Shown here in pieces: positions 1-13,489 of a stretch of DNA of 64,000 nt. Each line of letters starts with the position of its first letter. Position 1 is the stretch's first letter. Location of the stretch: contig JAYWIR010000005.1 in NCBI GenBank assembly GCA_036172245.1, positions 1,860,001 through 1,924,000 of the forward strand, in the 5' to 3' direction. The DNA is from Raillietiella orientalis. Its lineage: Eukaryota. A program made the position numbers and the translations under genes. The notes under the pieces are model-generated. The model ran no database searches, was not told the DNA's origin, and worked only from the letters and a program-made list of their open reading frames with translations.

Positions 1-599
1 CTTCCTTAACTCCGCCAGTTAATCCTTTCCTTTTCTTTTTCCTTTTTTTTGGGTTCCATTCCCAAAGAGCTTGAATCCAAACAGAGGTTTCCATTTCATC
101 GGGTTGCTCCCATTCTGATACCATTCAGTTGACTACCGACGCTCCGTTTTCCTATCAGAGATGTTGCTAATGACTTTTTTAGATGAATCCAAATGTCTCT
201 TTTTCTGTTGGAATTTCGGAAAGGAAGGCGCGCTCTTATCTCAAGGAGAATAAATCATTTTTGAGGAAACCAAACAACACTTCTATCGATCGTGCAATTG
301 TTCCAAAAGGTGCAAGTGCATCCTAGCACGGAACGAAGACATAACTACCATGCCTATCTGAGAACTGATAACACGTGAAAATTCAAGAACAAGAGATAAA
401 GCTTTAAAACATACAGCATCGCCATGCAAGATGCCATAGACTTTTATGAAGCTTGCGGTTCGAAAGCTTACTTCGAAGAATGGTTGCTTCGACTGAAAAC
501 AACCAGTCATCAGAATCAAAATAAAAACACCAACACAGATCGAAGCCGTGCATTTCTAATGACTTCGTGACAAACGCAAACAATGTGTGTTATCAATGT

Positions 600-1240
600 A
601 AGAAGAATGATACGCAGCTCAAAGAGTTCAAGGCCTCGTGAGTACCAAGGCGATGACCAGAAAAATCTCTGGATGCTGATGCGAAATTTGCTGAGAGGCG
701 ATCTAAGAAATCCGTCTAAGCTCGAGACTCAAGTTCACTCGCCCTTATCAGAAGTGCTGCGTTAGAGAGAGGAAATGAAGGATGAGGATGAAGTGAAATC
801 CTTGCTTGGTACCTTAGATACTTTCCCAGCCACTGAGGATCTGCTTGATCTCCACGAGAGCGAGGATCGAGATGCAAATGCCTGAAAAACTCGTGAGGTC
901 CCGGAAAAACAGTACTCTCCTTTTGCATCGGAACCGAAAGGCGCTCTTTATCCGTAGGGACTCACACGCTTCTGTTGCACACAACAGGAAACACGCAGTT
1001 TCTTTGATCCCATCAGTCTGAGTGGAGTGGCATGACTTTTTATTCAGAGCTCTTTTATCCACCTGATTTCCGTTTCTTCACGTCATCCTCGGGCTGCGCA
1101 AATCCACGTGACGAACTCATCGGCGTTCAGCAGCAGCATGACCTCGTCCGAAGAGAAAACCTTCTTGAAAAAACAAATCACGATTCTATTCCTCTTCATT
1201 CTGCGAAAGGCCAGCGATGATCAGCGAGGATCACTTCAGA
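600..1240 (-). mobile_element. Degenerate Tc1/mariner-like transposase remnant
   Basis: Minus-strand frames give, in the expected order, HRWPFAE (cf. RL.FA), FKKVFSSDEVMLL (cf. W..VLFSDE, about 1142-1170), VFPGPHEF, and YSRG/LNSL (cf. YSPDLNP, about 620-650). Many stops and frameshifts. Confidence 0.35.
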
Positions 1241-1298
1241 GAACGACCCCATTTCCAAGCAAAATATGTTGTGGTTTACCACCTGGTTGCGCAGGGAC

Positions 1299-2170
1299 GT
1301 TTATTATTAAAAATAACAAACATACAGGTGTAGGGTCGTCGGCCCTACATTGTCCGAAAATCGGAACTTGACGAGTAACCGGCTGCACGCAGACCGGAGA
1401 GGTTGGCCTTGGCAGCAGAGGGAAAGGGGCAAACCGAAATAACAATAAAATAAAAATCAATAATAATAATAATAATAAAACTCTGGGGAGCAGGGAAAGG
1501 GATCTGTCCTCTGGAGCACGTCCTCTGCATCCTTTCCAGGATGCCGGCAAGTTCCATCCGAGTGTGCCAAAGTGGGACCATCTTGCTGCCGTCCTCAGGA
1601 AGTGCAGGACCAAGCAGATGGCATCCCTATCGTGCCGTCCTCCTCTCGCATAGCTCCGGGCCGCCCCAAGCCCGCGTAGGCAGCTAGGGATGCCGCAGGC
1701 GAAAGGGTATCGCGCACGAAGAGGCGTCCCTGGGATTGTCCGTCGGTGGGCCACGTACGTTGCGTAAAGCAATCACAAGGGCCGGAGGGCAACGCAGTTT
1801 CTACAATCAGGTGCGAGAGAGACTCCTGTTCCCTGCACTTGCAACAGTTGGGGTCCACAGCCCTTCGGGTTTACTGAAACTGGCAAGCGTTGCATGGGAA
1901 ACCCCAGTGCAACAAGAAAAGTGCCGACTCCTGCCACTTCAGGAGAAGGGCCCACTCGTTCTTCAGCACTGGGGGCTACTGAAGGATTTTCCAAGGAATT
2001 TATAGTAGCTCATTCCAGCACAGGGCACATGTAATCGTGCTCGCTGCTGTGTGCACCGAAAGCTCCCCCAAGCGCTTCATCTGCTCCCGCGCATGGAATA
2101 CACGGCACTTAGCGTGGATGATGAGATGTCTGATGTTTCGGCGAATTTCCCCCCGGTGCATCAGTCCGAG
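1299..2170 (-). mobile_element. Tx1/L1-clade LINE 3' fragment (zf-RVT, ORF2 C-terminus, 3'UTR)
   Basis: Minus strand reads KWQESALFLLHWGFPCNA...DPNCCKCREQESLSHLIV (zf-RVT CCHC), then RHDRDA..LRTAARW. The T-rich UTR contains (TTA)n and ends TTTTAATAATAAA near 1300. Homologous to 19235-19545 and 39450-40278. Confidence 0.75.
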
Positions 2171-2454
2171 ACTACACAATTAGCATGCCAAGTTTTGCTC
2201 GATTCTTAGCAGAAAGCGATTGGCACAAAGAGTGGATCAGTCATTCCAAAGTTTTGCAAAAACCTTCCATCACCAGTTCTTGTTTCTTCTCTTGCGTACC
2301 CTACGGCTGCTTGGTTTTCAGCGTGACACCTAAAGCTGTGCAGTTTTGGGCCAACTTTGTCACATCGAGTATCAGTGGCACGGTAAGTGAATCTGGTATA
2401 TGATCTCGAAGAAGGTGTCACTCTGCACCTGATCACGCTAAGCTGCTCATTCCT

Positions 2455-3450
2455 TAAAAGAATAAACATAACGTAAGTTGAGGGGACGGGTTGCCAAGGG
2501 AAACAAAGAAGAGTCCTCTGGGAGAGGTCACACAGGTCGGCCAAGCAGAGAGTCGGGAACTTTCGTGAAAGCTGTCCCTCCTTCCCCACAGCTCCTGCAA
2601 GATGCAGGTGAGCCTCCTTGTCTCTGGCGACTTCCTTCGGCGATGAGACCACCTCTCAGCAGTCCTTGCGAAGGAGGCCGTTGGGCGAGTGACCTCCAGC
2701 TGCTAAGAGTGCACCTCTGGGGCGACGCGGGCCGCCAAGGTGGGCGCCTACTCAACCCGACTCTTCCATCTCCGTGCCAAACGCAAATCCGCCGCACACG
2801 AAGAAGCGCTACATCCAAATCTCCTGTGATGTCCTCCGGATGCAGCAGTGCTCAAGTCACGCCTCCTGAAGGGCAGCCAGTGCAGAAAGGGCGCTGTCAT
2901 CTGGTGCTTCCTCTTGAGGGGAAGCGCTCAATGGAAGGGGAGGGAACACTGGCTCGAAGGAGCTCATCTTACCAAGGCAGTCCCTTGGTCTGAATCCGTG
3001 GAACGTGATCCTCCAGCTGTCATGGAGTTTGGTCACTTCCTCGGCGGTGCTGGACAACTCCCACCCTTCCGAAGGACTCCTACCATCACCTGCCCTGAAG
3101 ACAAACAGCACTACAGCATAGGGAGTGACGCACATTCCGAATCCCTCCCTGGAGTCTTGCAGCACTTCTTCAAAGGGTATGCCGCCCCGATTCTTTGTGG
3201 CACAAAGTTTTTCTGGAGTCATTCGGTAGGTAGACACCTAAGTTTCCACGGTCTTTGGCCTCAAGACCCAAAGTTCCAGGGGTGGCAAAAGATCCAGCGA
3301 TCACGCTCCAGCATTGAGGCCGTTCGCCTCAGGAGGAAGAAAAACCTTAGACTGTACAAAGGGATTGAGTCTTCTTCCTGCCAACGGCAGTCTCCTACGC
3401 TCACATCTCAAATGGTTCCATTCACTCTCCTCGCTCGAGTGTCGCTCCCA
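2455..3450 (-). mobile_element. Possible LINE ORF1 (gag-like) remnant
   Basis: WRITFHGFRPRDC...LRASVP resembles the region leading into a decayed zinc knuckle. Same strand as, and upstream of, the Tx1 3' fragment. Confidence 0.25.
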
Positions 3451-4170
3451 TCGGAAGATGAGTGAGCAGCGAAGATCGCACTATTTAAGATGCACTATTT
3501 GAGATAAGACGCTGCACGTATACTAAGACATCGCGTGAGGCATCTTCGCCCGAATACGCTCGGACGCGATGCTCTGCACAGCGATCGAAAGTTCGCAACA
3601 AGTGGGAATTGGAAGCTGGCAGTGGGGCCTAGCCAAGTAGCCCGGATTCATCGCTGAGACCCCATGTGGTCTTGTAGCAGGACAGTCGGATGTTCGTCCT
3701 GGATGCCTACCATCAATGTGAAAACTGTTGCAGCGGCGTTTGGAAAAGGAGGAGCATGGGAAAGGTTGGGGAATGGTTGGGGAAGGAGCAGAAAGCGTGT
3801 ACCGGGATACGGCTTGTCAACCGCCCGATTCTGAAGCACAGGAGGCGGTGAAAGCCCTGGTCACATTTCTACCTGAAGAGTTTGTATTCTCCCACCTACC
3901 GTCAATGCCTTCGATGGTGAATGTTCCAAAGATGGGTGAAGGAGGCGCCAGCTACCTATTAGGTCAACTGTGCTGCAGCTGACAAAGAAGCACGCACGTC
4001 TCGAAGCTAGACGTCCATTTTCGGTTTCCGAGAAATCAGTTCTTCAGCATAGGGCTTCATGATTTGAGGGCCCGTGCTACATTTTCGTACATTTTTTGTG
4101 CTACATTTTTTCTGACTGCAATTCAGATGCCCCTAGGCAGATTATTCTTCTGTAAAGGAGCGCTATTCCA

Positions 4171-4662
4171 TTAGCAGACCCATCGTTTAATCTTAGCTTT
4201 AGACTGGTGCTTGGACGTGCTGATATGCTCATTTTCCGGCCGTGCAAGTGCCAAGAGGTGGAGGGAATTTGAATTTTCAAATGCCATCGGGATGTGAGAG
4301 GGAATTTTGCAAAACCGTTTGGATGTTCTGGTAGATGAAGAATCAAACATACTTTTTCGAGCAAGGCGAGCAAGTTCCGGGATCACAGATGCTACGAAGA
4401 TGCTTGCTGCTGCCTCCTTGATTTTCCGTTGGAGACGTGCACGCATATCGAGGAAGTGGAAACATGCGAGGTCCAAGGACTACAAATTATGAAACAAATC
4501 TAGCGCATCTACGAGTCCATTAAATGGAATCAGGTTCTCTGGATCAGTCAGAGGCAAGCACGATTCATGTTCACAAAACAAGACAACTGTAAATCCGATG
4601 GCTGAAATGCAAGGATCATTTCTTATGATGCTGGTTGGCGGCCATCTATAGAATTCTTTCAT
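4171..4662 (-). pseudogene. Decayed reading frame with possible hAT dimerisation motif
   Basis: ORFs 4480-4662 and 4171-4476 are in the same frame, separated by one stop. IPELARLARKSMFDSSSTRTSKRF has the spacing of hAT PELA.LARK.L.IP.SS..SER.F, but the upstream WW motif is absent. Confidence 0.25.
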
Positions 4663-6049
4663 GCGACGTCAGCTGTTGCGATGGCGTTTCACTTAGGATG
4701 GTGTGCTGCTGCCCGAATAGTAGCGTGGCTTGTCTATAATAATTGCCAGCATAAATAAGAATAAATGCACAAACGATGATAAAATTGAAAAAAAAAAAAA
4801 AAAAAATTCCTGGTGATTCCAACGGATCGCAGTCTCGAATGTGGCTCACTTAATCCTTTTCCATTACCCTTTCCATCAGTGTCATTCGAGTTAGCATGTG
4901 CGTCTTCGCCTGTCAATACTTCGACCATTAATTTCATCCCTAATTAAAGTTCGTTTATGCACGATAATCTGTTGACAACGGGCGGCTGCGTTCAAGCGAT
5001 CTGGCAAAGTTTCTCGATCCCTGAATGTTCCTCGATACCCTCGAAACCTGCTCCCTATTTACAAAAAAAAAACGACTTGTGGCGTCTGAGGGAGAAAGGC
5101 AGAAAAAAAGTTAATAAGATTTACGTTCCACGAGAATGGCTTGCAAAAAACAAAAAAAGAACGTCCTATTTATGAAAGACATGGCAGCATGGGAAGTTCA
5201 AAGGAAAACAGGCATATTTGAGTGCCTAAGACGGGGAGCAGCGAGTCGTTGCGTATTCGACGTATCGAAAGAGGGGGGTTAAACTCCAGGAAAGATCCTT
5301 GATTTTCCACGTGACCGTCAAAATAAGAAGACACTTTATCAGCTATTCACACAGTAAATCGCCGGAATGGACAATAAAAAGTGCATTAGAGGCTGCAGAC
5401 CTTCCATCGTCTCTAAATTTTCGATAACTCAATCCAGCCGTTTAAGCGCGAGATGCAGCTTCCGAAGAATGGTATCTGTAATACTTGGCTCACTGCAGGC
5501 CGAAAGAGAGAGAAAAGTCGCTCGCATCTTTAGCTTTCTGAGGCCACTGAACTTCTAAATATCGGCAAATGTTTCAGGGCAGCAGAAAAAGGGGGGGGGG
5601 GGGGATCCGCTCGCATCAGAGCGAGAATCATGCAAATGAAATACTTTGCCTTCTTTCGAGATGAAAAATCTCTGAAGACGGAGAGATTACACGCAGCAAT
5701 CTCGGTAATGGGAGCCAACAACTGGAAGAGAGCGTGGCATGCTCAGAGGGAATGCCGAATCCAGGGAAGGCGCGCAGTACGGTGTTTCCTGATTCGGCTG
5801 GAGGAGAATCGTCAGTTTAACCGGGATGACAGCTGGCGAGTCGGTTCAGCGCGCGCTGGGAATCCAAAAGAGAGATCCCAGGCTGCAGGAAGGCGTGAAA
5901 GCACCTGGCTGCACGCTCCTCGCGGAAGCGTGGAAGAATTCCGCGCGCCGCGACAACGTCGACGGTCACCCACGCGGAGCGGTCAGCGAGTCTGCACGAG
6001 GCAAACGCAGCAGCAGCCCTGCGAAAAGGAGGAAGTCTGTATCGGCCGG

Positions 6050-6240
6050 TCCCAGGTGTGTGGGTTCCCAGTAATCCAATCTGAAAGGCTGCCCCCGCTT
6101 CATGAGCGCGCCCCCGCCGATCTGTTATTTGCCTGTCAAGAAAGCGAACTCGACGCCCATCAACTGCGCGTCTACCACTGTCGCTTTCACAGGCCGTCGC
6201 GGGGGAGAGGGCTGCAGCAGTCGTCACTTTCGCGGAGAGG
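6050..6240 (+). pseudogene. Possible THAP-domain remnant
   Basis: One frame reads PRCVGSQ*SN...CSSRHF, with roughly THAP-like spacing between the first Cys and the CxxxHF motif. Confidence 0.25.
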
Positions 6241-6519
6241 AATCTCCTCCTTCGCCTGGCACCGAGGAGTGCCGGCTTCAGGTGCATCCGCGGCAATTTT
6301 TCAAGAGAGCTCACGGAGGCCGCCTTGGGAACACCGGCCTCGCGTGCCAGCAGATGACTCCTCCAGGTATAGAGCAGGGGGGAAATGGAAGTGAGGAGTA
6401 GTGGGAACCTGAAACTACCACGGTTTCTTGCTATAAACTCTTCGTAAGAAGAAAGAAGTCGCGATTTCAATGTTTCTCTTCCCTTTTCACACAGTGAAAT
6501 CCTTCGCAGAACTCGGATG

Positions 6520-6870
6520 AGGAAAACCACCAAACATCGGGTCCACGGAGTCGCAGAGGTTGACGCTCGAATCGGCTATCATCCAGGAGGTACTTCTCTC
6601 TTAAGCCCACTTCGTTTCACCAATCATCCCGACGTGCTGAGGCGCACTCAGTCCGTTGCTCCATGGCGAGTTCGTCTCGCCTGGATGGGTCGTCGTCTGG
6701 AACAATTTTGCTCGTCTTCCCCTCCTCCTCCCCCTCTGTTTGCCCCTCTTCCCTTATTCTGATTTTCCCTTTTTTCGGTTCGCTAAGTACTCGAGAATCG
6801 TTCGCCCACAGGCACACGAAGCTATTTAAGTACCGTCCACGTCATCCGAGGGCGCGTGCCAACTCTTCAA
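6520..6870 (+). mobile_element. Tx1-like ORF2 C-terminus plus pyrimidine-rich 3'UTR
   Basis: ARIGYHPGG..LLSPLRF..VAPW resembles VAAIGLHP (about 43940) and RRPLREG (about 21810) of other Tx1 ends. A C/T-rich tract follows; 6720-6870 is homologous in reverse complement to 39272-39425 and about 51050-51170. Confidence 0.45.
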
Positions 6871-7095
6871 GTTAGGGGGTACCCCAAGAGGGGACAACTC
6901 TACGAATCCAGAAAGACTCTGGAGGAAGGAGTTCGCTCGTCCCACGCTTGGGAAGGATCCTCGGAGGGAACCTCTTCCTCATTCTCTCCAGGGGGGACCC
7001 CCCGGAGAGCGCCACTTCTCGTCGCTTCTCCGAAAGGAATCCGAAAAAGATCCACGGAATCGCCTTCCCCCAGGGGAGTTGCGTTCCGGGCTGCA
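6871..7095 (-). mobile_element. tRNA-headed SINE-like element, headless fragment (copy 1)
   Basis: Reverse complement matches 39190-39281, including the GGGGTACCCC palindrome (6876-6885) and the adjacent TTGAAGAGTT (6861-6870). Confidence 0.8.
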
Positions 7096-10000
7096 TTTTT
7101 TTTTGTTTTGCTTTTTCTCCGGGAGGTGGGATCGATCGTTCCTGCACCTGCTTGCTGGACTGTCGCGGGGATCATCCTCAGCGCCCTTGCACCAGGAGGA
7201 CACCGCCTCCGTTGCGGCGATTCTTCGGGCGCGGCGGGCTGACGGAAGGTGCCGCGGCCTCAGCGCGCCGTCTGCTGGAGCATCAGGCGCAGAGAAGGGA
7301 GTTCACGCTCATGACAGCCGCCTACGCGAGGACGGCTGAGAGGTCAGGATGAGGCCAAGCCAGAGGTCGTCGACGCTCTGCGCCCCGTGCTAAGCCAGAG
7401 GCGCCAGTCCACGACCAAAGACCCTAGTTCTTACCCTTCTTTCTTGACTTATTTATTCCTGGTTGCCTTCCCGCCTGCTCCGGACTGCCCCGCCGACCTA
7501 CCCTTGTCGGTCAACCGCTCCCCTGAGCTTCCTTTGCTTCTGCTTCCGCCTCGGGAGATGAGCTGCCAACCTGTTGGTTTACTACCTCTAGATAAAGGCC
7601 CCGGGCGAGACCAGGAGCGAAACTGTCTCGGGCTCGAGGGCGAGAACCAAACTGAAGTGCAGGTGCAGATACACCACGCAGGAAAAGAGGGAAGCAATAT
7701 AGAGGTCCAAAGGCTTTCTCAGACAGAACTTACCGATCGAGAAACCACTGCTCTTCCACCCTTTGCCGGTCCTTACGACTGCCACGCGATGGCCCCACCT
7801 ATCATCAAGGAGCGTGATGCTCAGGACATGGAGGAAAAACAACGCATGCGAGGTATTCGAAGACAGGTGTTAGGGTCATGCTCACTGGTGGTTACTTCGA
7901 AGCGTCCTCCTTTAAAAACAGGATCTACCCGGAGGTACCGGAGGTTTTTACGTGTCAACCTCTATCCTCAGCTGCCGGTGATTTTGGAGAGAGGAATGGA
8001 TGAGAGCCAACAGCCAAAGACACGTAGGCGGTTCAGCTTCCAGGATAAGGGATGGATTTTCGGTTGAGAAAGAAAGAGCCATGACTTTCGCACATCCTTT
8101 CAGTTCTGTTTTTTTTTTTCTTTTTTTCGAGGCAAGGAACGAATCCGATTCTTCAGGAACCTGGAAACCAAATGACAGTCATCGGGTGCAGGATTCCATG
8201 AAGACTTCTATTGGATGGAGGAATATAAATTTCAATCTTTTCTTTCCTCCCCCAGAGATACTCATTTCATCTTTTATTCTTAATTTATTCACTCCATTGC
8301 TTAGAGAAGCCAGACCAAGGGCTGCTTCATAAGAGACGGCGTCTCCTTTCTTGTCATGGAGAAGTGGAAAGCTCTCCTTTGGCGGCGCCCTCGCTATTGA
8401 CTGATTCCATGTACGCATACCTGCGTGCAAGTGTCTCTTTTTGTTCGGAAGAAATGGATTGAGGCAGGTAGGCGGAAACGAAAGACAAATTCTGGAGAGG
8501 ACAGCTCTATGAGGGAGGTGCGACTGCTGCAGCGCCAACCCCAGCAGGAGATCAAAAGGCAAATTTCCAGATGAAAAATCCTCAAGTGCTCTGGAAAGAA
8601 GACGAATCGCGTCGGCAGCACCATTCGAGGACCCTCCTGTGACATCGCTGTCAACTCCTTACAAGATGCTTCCAGGTGATGCTTGCTGCGTCCGCTGTGA
8701 TGGAATTCACAGAGTCGCTGCGATGCCACCTTCCGTCCGTGGGAGTCCACCCTGCGCGCGTCACCCGAGGGAGCAGACGCGCTTTCATCTTTCCCAGGGA
8801 ATCCACAGAGATGCATTAGAGAGAGACGAAACGTTCCATTTGTTAGCTTTCAGATGATAAAGTGCCTCAGATAAATCACATGGGATACACGTCTCCACAG
8901 CCGGAATCGCTACGCATCACGTATGATTCATGAGACAGTAAACATGCCCACGGATAATTGCGTTGGAATTTTATTGTGACATGCATGGACAAGAAGGCCT
9001 TCCCCCAAAGCCTGCATATGCTGAATTATCACGGGTTTCCAAGATACGGGGCTGCCTGCCGTCTTATCAGTTTTGTCCTTTTAATGCATAAGGAGGGATG
9101 AAAATGAGATGTATTTTTGATTACAAGGTTCGGTACATGTGCATCAAAATTTCGGAGTTTCAGTACATCTGCGCAAGAATTTCGAAATTTGCTCATCCCC
9201 TCAATGAAATAAGTTGCTATTAAGAAGGAGACGAAAAAAAAAAGAAAAAGAAAAACCCAAAAGTTAATCCTTTTTTTTTTTTTCAAAGAAAACAAAACAC
9301 AAAATAGGTCTCGCAAAGGTGGATGTATCTCAAATTCAAAGAACCAGAAAGGCTCACTTGCAGGTAGAAAACCCTTCCTTCTCATCAGACATGCAGAGGA
9401 AAATTCTCTTTAATCATCTCCATCTCTTCCAGAATCAACGTCGCATTCATTCCAAAACGAGCCCTCCCCTTCTGTGAAAACTAAGCTATAGAGCTGAGAA
9501 TGTTTCTGATTTCCAGGAGACGACAACTGCATCTCCTAATTCCATCGCCACCGTCTCAGAACGAATTGTAATGAATTAAGAAATGGGATCAAAGGAGCGT
9601 TGCGAAATTATTGCATCTTCATCAGGCTTGCTATGGCTAGCATTCTAAATTGCCCCGATGCTGCTGGTACCCCCGATGCTCCGAGGATGCTGTCGAGTCA
9701 AAAATCCTCAAGTCTAAATAATCTCCGTTTGTTCTCACGGTCGGAATTCTTCGTCGCAGCGCCAGGAGATCCCCATCTCGCTTCGCAAAGACGCTTGTTA
9801 AAATCGCATGCAGAGTTTTCCTTACCTCATCCGATCGAACTCCCCTCCGGCTCCGCAGATGAAAATACGGAGGAGTTTCCTTGCTGTCAAAGTGGGTGCG
9901 GCCCGTGCCACCCATTGATTCTTGGCTGCACGGATCAACTCCTTTGGCATTGCCATGCGCTCTTTCCAGAACAGACATACGCACAAGAAATGTTTCTCGT

Positions 10001-12759
10001 TCGAAGAATGGAGCGATTCTTTGTTAGATGGATGACAACCTCTCTGGACATCAATCTTGCAGGTGGCACAACATGGAGTCGAAGAAACTGAATACTTTCT
10101 GCGAAACACCAGCAGGGGGACACACACACACCCAAATACACGAACACACGAAACGAAACTCACTCTGGTTCTGAAATCGATCGGGCAAAGAGTACTCCGA
10201 AGAGCAAATGCTTTGGCTACATTTTGGTCAGCATGGCTGTTGCTTTGTGGTTCCGAGAAAGCCACCTGAAATGGAGAAATGGAGATGGAGAAGATGGATG
10301 GAGAAAATCCTGTGATGGAGAAATCCTCACATCTTTCCAGCGTAGTTTTCGATTCGTTACCCTTGCTGATGCATTTTGATGTGTATCAAAGACCACTTTT
10401 AAAATCGAAACCACCTTTAAGCATAGCCAACACAGTAGAGACTAAAGTGATCTGCATCGCTTACATCAAGGGTGGCGGAGATGGAGAGCAAATCAGAACC
10501 AACGCACAATGCAATTCAAAAACTGCAGCAATGAATGCGTGCATCCAGGCGTTCTTGCGAATCCACTCGTCCTTCCCCTGGATCAGTAGTAGGTCTTCAA
10601 CTTTTCCGTTGGAAATGGGCGTTGGAAACATGGGAAGGACACTGATACAGAGTGTTAGCTCAGGAGATTGCTCTTCGAGTTTCCCCGAGAGCATTTGGCT
10701 ACCCTGAGCGTTGATCCATTGTTCGAGCAACCACCCAAAAAATTTAGCAAAGTGTGGCTATTGGGTTTGAAGCTTCCAGAACGAATCTTTGCCCATCTTC
10801 GCTTTCCGAAGGGTCAAATTGATTCCGGTTCCGAGAGAGTCGCTCCTGCTACACGCAGATTCCGCTCTTGGCACGAGCAATTCTCTCTGTGTAATTCTCA
10901 TCCTGCCACTCCGGACTTTTATTTGATGAGTTCTCTAATTAGGCAGGATCCTTCCGGAAGTGGTAGGAGCGCCTGAGGACGCATTGCTTTCTAAGACATC
11001 TTAATTTTGGTGAGAGCTCGATCAGTAGATTCGAATCTGGCAGAGATAAGTTAAAATTTTCTCGGAAGCATCCTTCCATCTGGCTTTGTTTATTTTCGAT
11101 TCTTCGATCAAATCTCAATTCATTCCTCCCAGAATGCCAATGAAGTATGAAGGAGTCTCTGAAAAAACACAGCTCACCTTTACTTGTTTGAAACATATTG
11201 ATCTCTTTCTTCTGTAGCTTCTTGCAGCGAAGCATTTTCTTAAGCAGTCATCTGACAGCTTGAGAAACTGCGTTGCCAAGCTCAAGGTGACTGCACCTTT
11301 GTTTTATTTTCCACAATCCACTGCTTAATGAGTATTGGTATGAGCCCTTAATTCACAAACCGGATCCCCAAATCAGTACTTCCTTCTTCTCGATGATTTC
11401 CTTTAATCAGCGAGGTCACCACAAACATCGAGGTTTGGGTCGAGCATTCTTACCAACGTAATTTATCAGATCTTTTGGACTGCACGAATCTTCTTTTTCA
11501 TTGCTTCTACTTCACTGCCAGTTACTCCAGCGAGCATTTGATTTTCGTCTGTTGCACCTTTCCAGAAAATTCTCAGCGCTTCCTCTTGGGCACCAGACAG
11601 GCAATGGTTCGCCATTCTTGAACCACATTCATGCACTCAGTCAGGCGTCCCAGATGTGCTATGACGTTCCATAACTTTCTAATCACTACGTTTTGGAGGT
11701 CCAATTTCGACCAGTGAATGCTCCAGGAAGAGATTCTTCATGCTTTCCCATTCATTCTTAGAACTGCAATTTGTACTCAAGTTGGACATATGATTCTGAC
11801 GATGAATCTTTTGTATCACATTTCCCCCCCCCCTTACCCAAAGGAAGACCGCAGCAAAATGTCATCTTTCCCCTCTGCATTCCATGCTATGAATGTATCC
11901 ATTTCTTCCAGACCGCAAGACCCAGAACGAGGAGAAAAGCGATTTTCTTCCTTCGATTTTCTTGAGAACCATCAGAAGGAACTCTCACTCTCTTCTTACA
12001 GATGAACTCACCGCCTACCAGAGCGAACCTTGCTCAGTTGCCCGCAGCTCAGGAGGTACAGTCACAGCAAACGTACATCTCCTTTTTGTTTTCTTGAGCT
12101 TTTTGACTACTTAGATCAAAAACACCACGGTGACTTGTGCGATCTCTCGGAGACCACTGAGATTTCAGAGAACTATGTTTCGGCGGATCGGAGTCGACGT
12201 CAGAGGACATTCCACGGAAATCCCTTCATGTTGAATGCTTAAGAACTCTTAAGCATTCAAGATGCATCTCTTTGTATGCTGATTGTCCAACCCAACCTAA
12301 CCTAAGCTCAATCGCTAGCCCTACAAAACTTGTTTGTCTAGCTAATCATTTCTATGCACGAGCACCCCTCCTGCCCAAAGATGCAGCTGCTGCGTTTCCA
12401 CTGCATCCAGCTGACAGGGAATTCGTAAGCTTCTTGCTCCCACAAGATCTTCGGAGAACGACATCTCCACACGTTCCATAAATATGCTTCAAGGTTCTGT
12501 AATAAATCCAGGCATATCTTCCTCTTTTAAATAAATCATCTCCAGCGCATGCGTAACCGTCCTTTCCGCGTCGCACGGGAAGACTCTCAGTGCCAGTAGA
12601 TTGAGACGAAAGGAAATTCCGTTTCTTCTCTGCGAACCATTTCGCAAAGAAGACTCGCCCACATTGCAGCAGTTTCGAAGTCCGACAGCTGTTTTCTCCG
12701 TGTTTACCTGTCATGGAATGGAGTCGAGATTCCAGTCTCGCTTTTGAGCTGAACGTGCG

Positions 12760-13400
12760 AGAAGATTTTGAAGTGTATTGATCAGAAGAGTGGGCTTCAC
12801 CATCACGGAATGAAAAATGAAAAGCCCTCAGGTGCCAAAGGTGAGGTGTGCTTTTCTTTCAGGAAGCTTTCGTTTAGCAGCCGTCAGTTGGACCGCTCTC
12901 TGACTTCATCATTCATTGCTATCTTCGCGCCCTCTGGACTTGAGAATACGGAGGCAGGTTTGGCTCATTGTTAAGATTACCATGGAGACAGAGACTTCTC
13001 AGCGTACCTCATGGTAATATCAGCAAGCCCAGTGGCGATTTCCACTGATTTCGCATTCTCGTTTCACCGATCGTTCCGGAGCAAGAAATCGCACGTGGTC
13101 ACTGGCTACTGTACCAGGCGATGGTCTCGTTGTGGTGGCGAGGATGGGTTTCGAGCTCGCTCACTTCATCCCACGTGAGGACTCCACGCTGCCGAGGGGC
13201 CTTCCCGTTCCTTCGCCTGTTCGCAGCCATGGGGAAGGCATCGCAGAAATGGAAGCGGTGCCTGGAAACGTCAGCCTTTCATAACACGAAGAGCTTCGTG
13301 ATCGACGACCGACCAGCTGGACTCCTGAGGAAGTCCTTTTGGTTCTGTCTCAAGAGGTCGCAAGAGTCCCGAACATGCAATTCTGGAGTCACATTCACGA
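12760..13400 (+). mobile_element. Degenerate LINE AP-endonuclease fragment
   Basis: GAKGEVCFSF (cf. GGV..LF), FIAIFAPSG (cf. VYAP) and SGDFH (cf. GDFN) occur in order. Confidence 0.3.
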
Positions 13401-13489
13401 GAGTCTCAAGGTGTCGGTCCTAATACGGATTCATTCTCCCATTTGTTGTATCGGACAGCATGAGATGTGCTCCGGGTGATGATGGAAAT

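Noticed and set aside
487..513. Hammerhead-like CTGATGACTG...CAGTCGAAG on the minus strand
   Set aside because: The core overlaps stem II (no separate CTGANGA), it has GAAG instead of GAAA, and no stems I/III were found.
5630..8067. Long ORFs (254, 238 and 226 aa) as genes
   Set aside because: They overlap on both strands in GC-rich sequence, have Arg/Ser/Pro-rich composition and no recognisable domain.
9400..12000. Possible decayed gene on the minus strand
   Set aside because: No recognisable motif or consistent reading frame could be supported.
12288..12308. AACCT (TTAGG) telomere-like repeats
   Set aside because: Only 2-3 imperfect units; too short to call.
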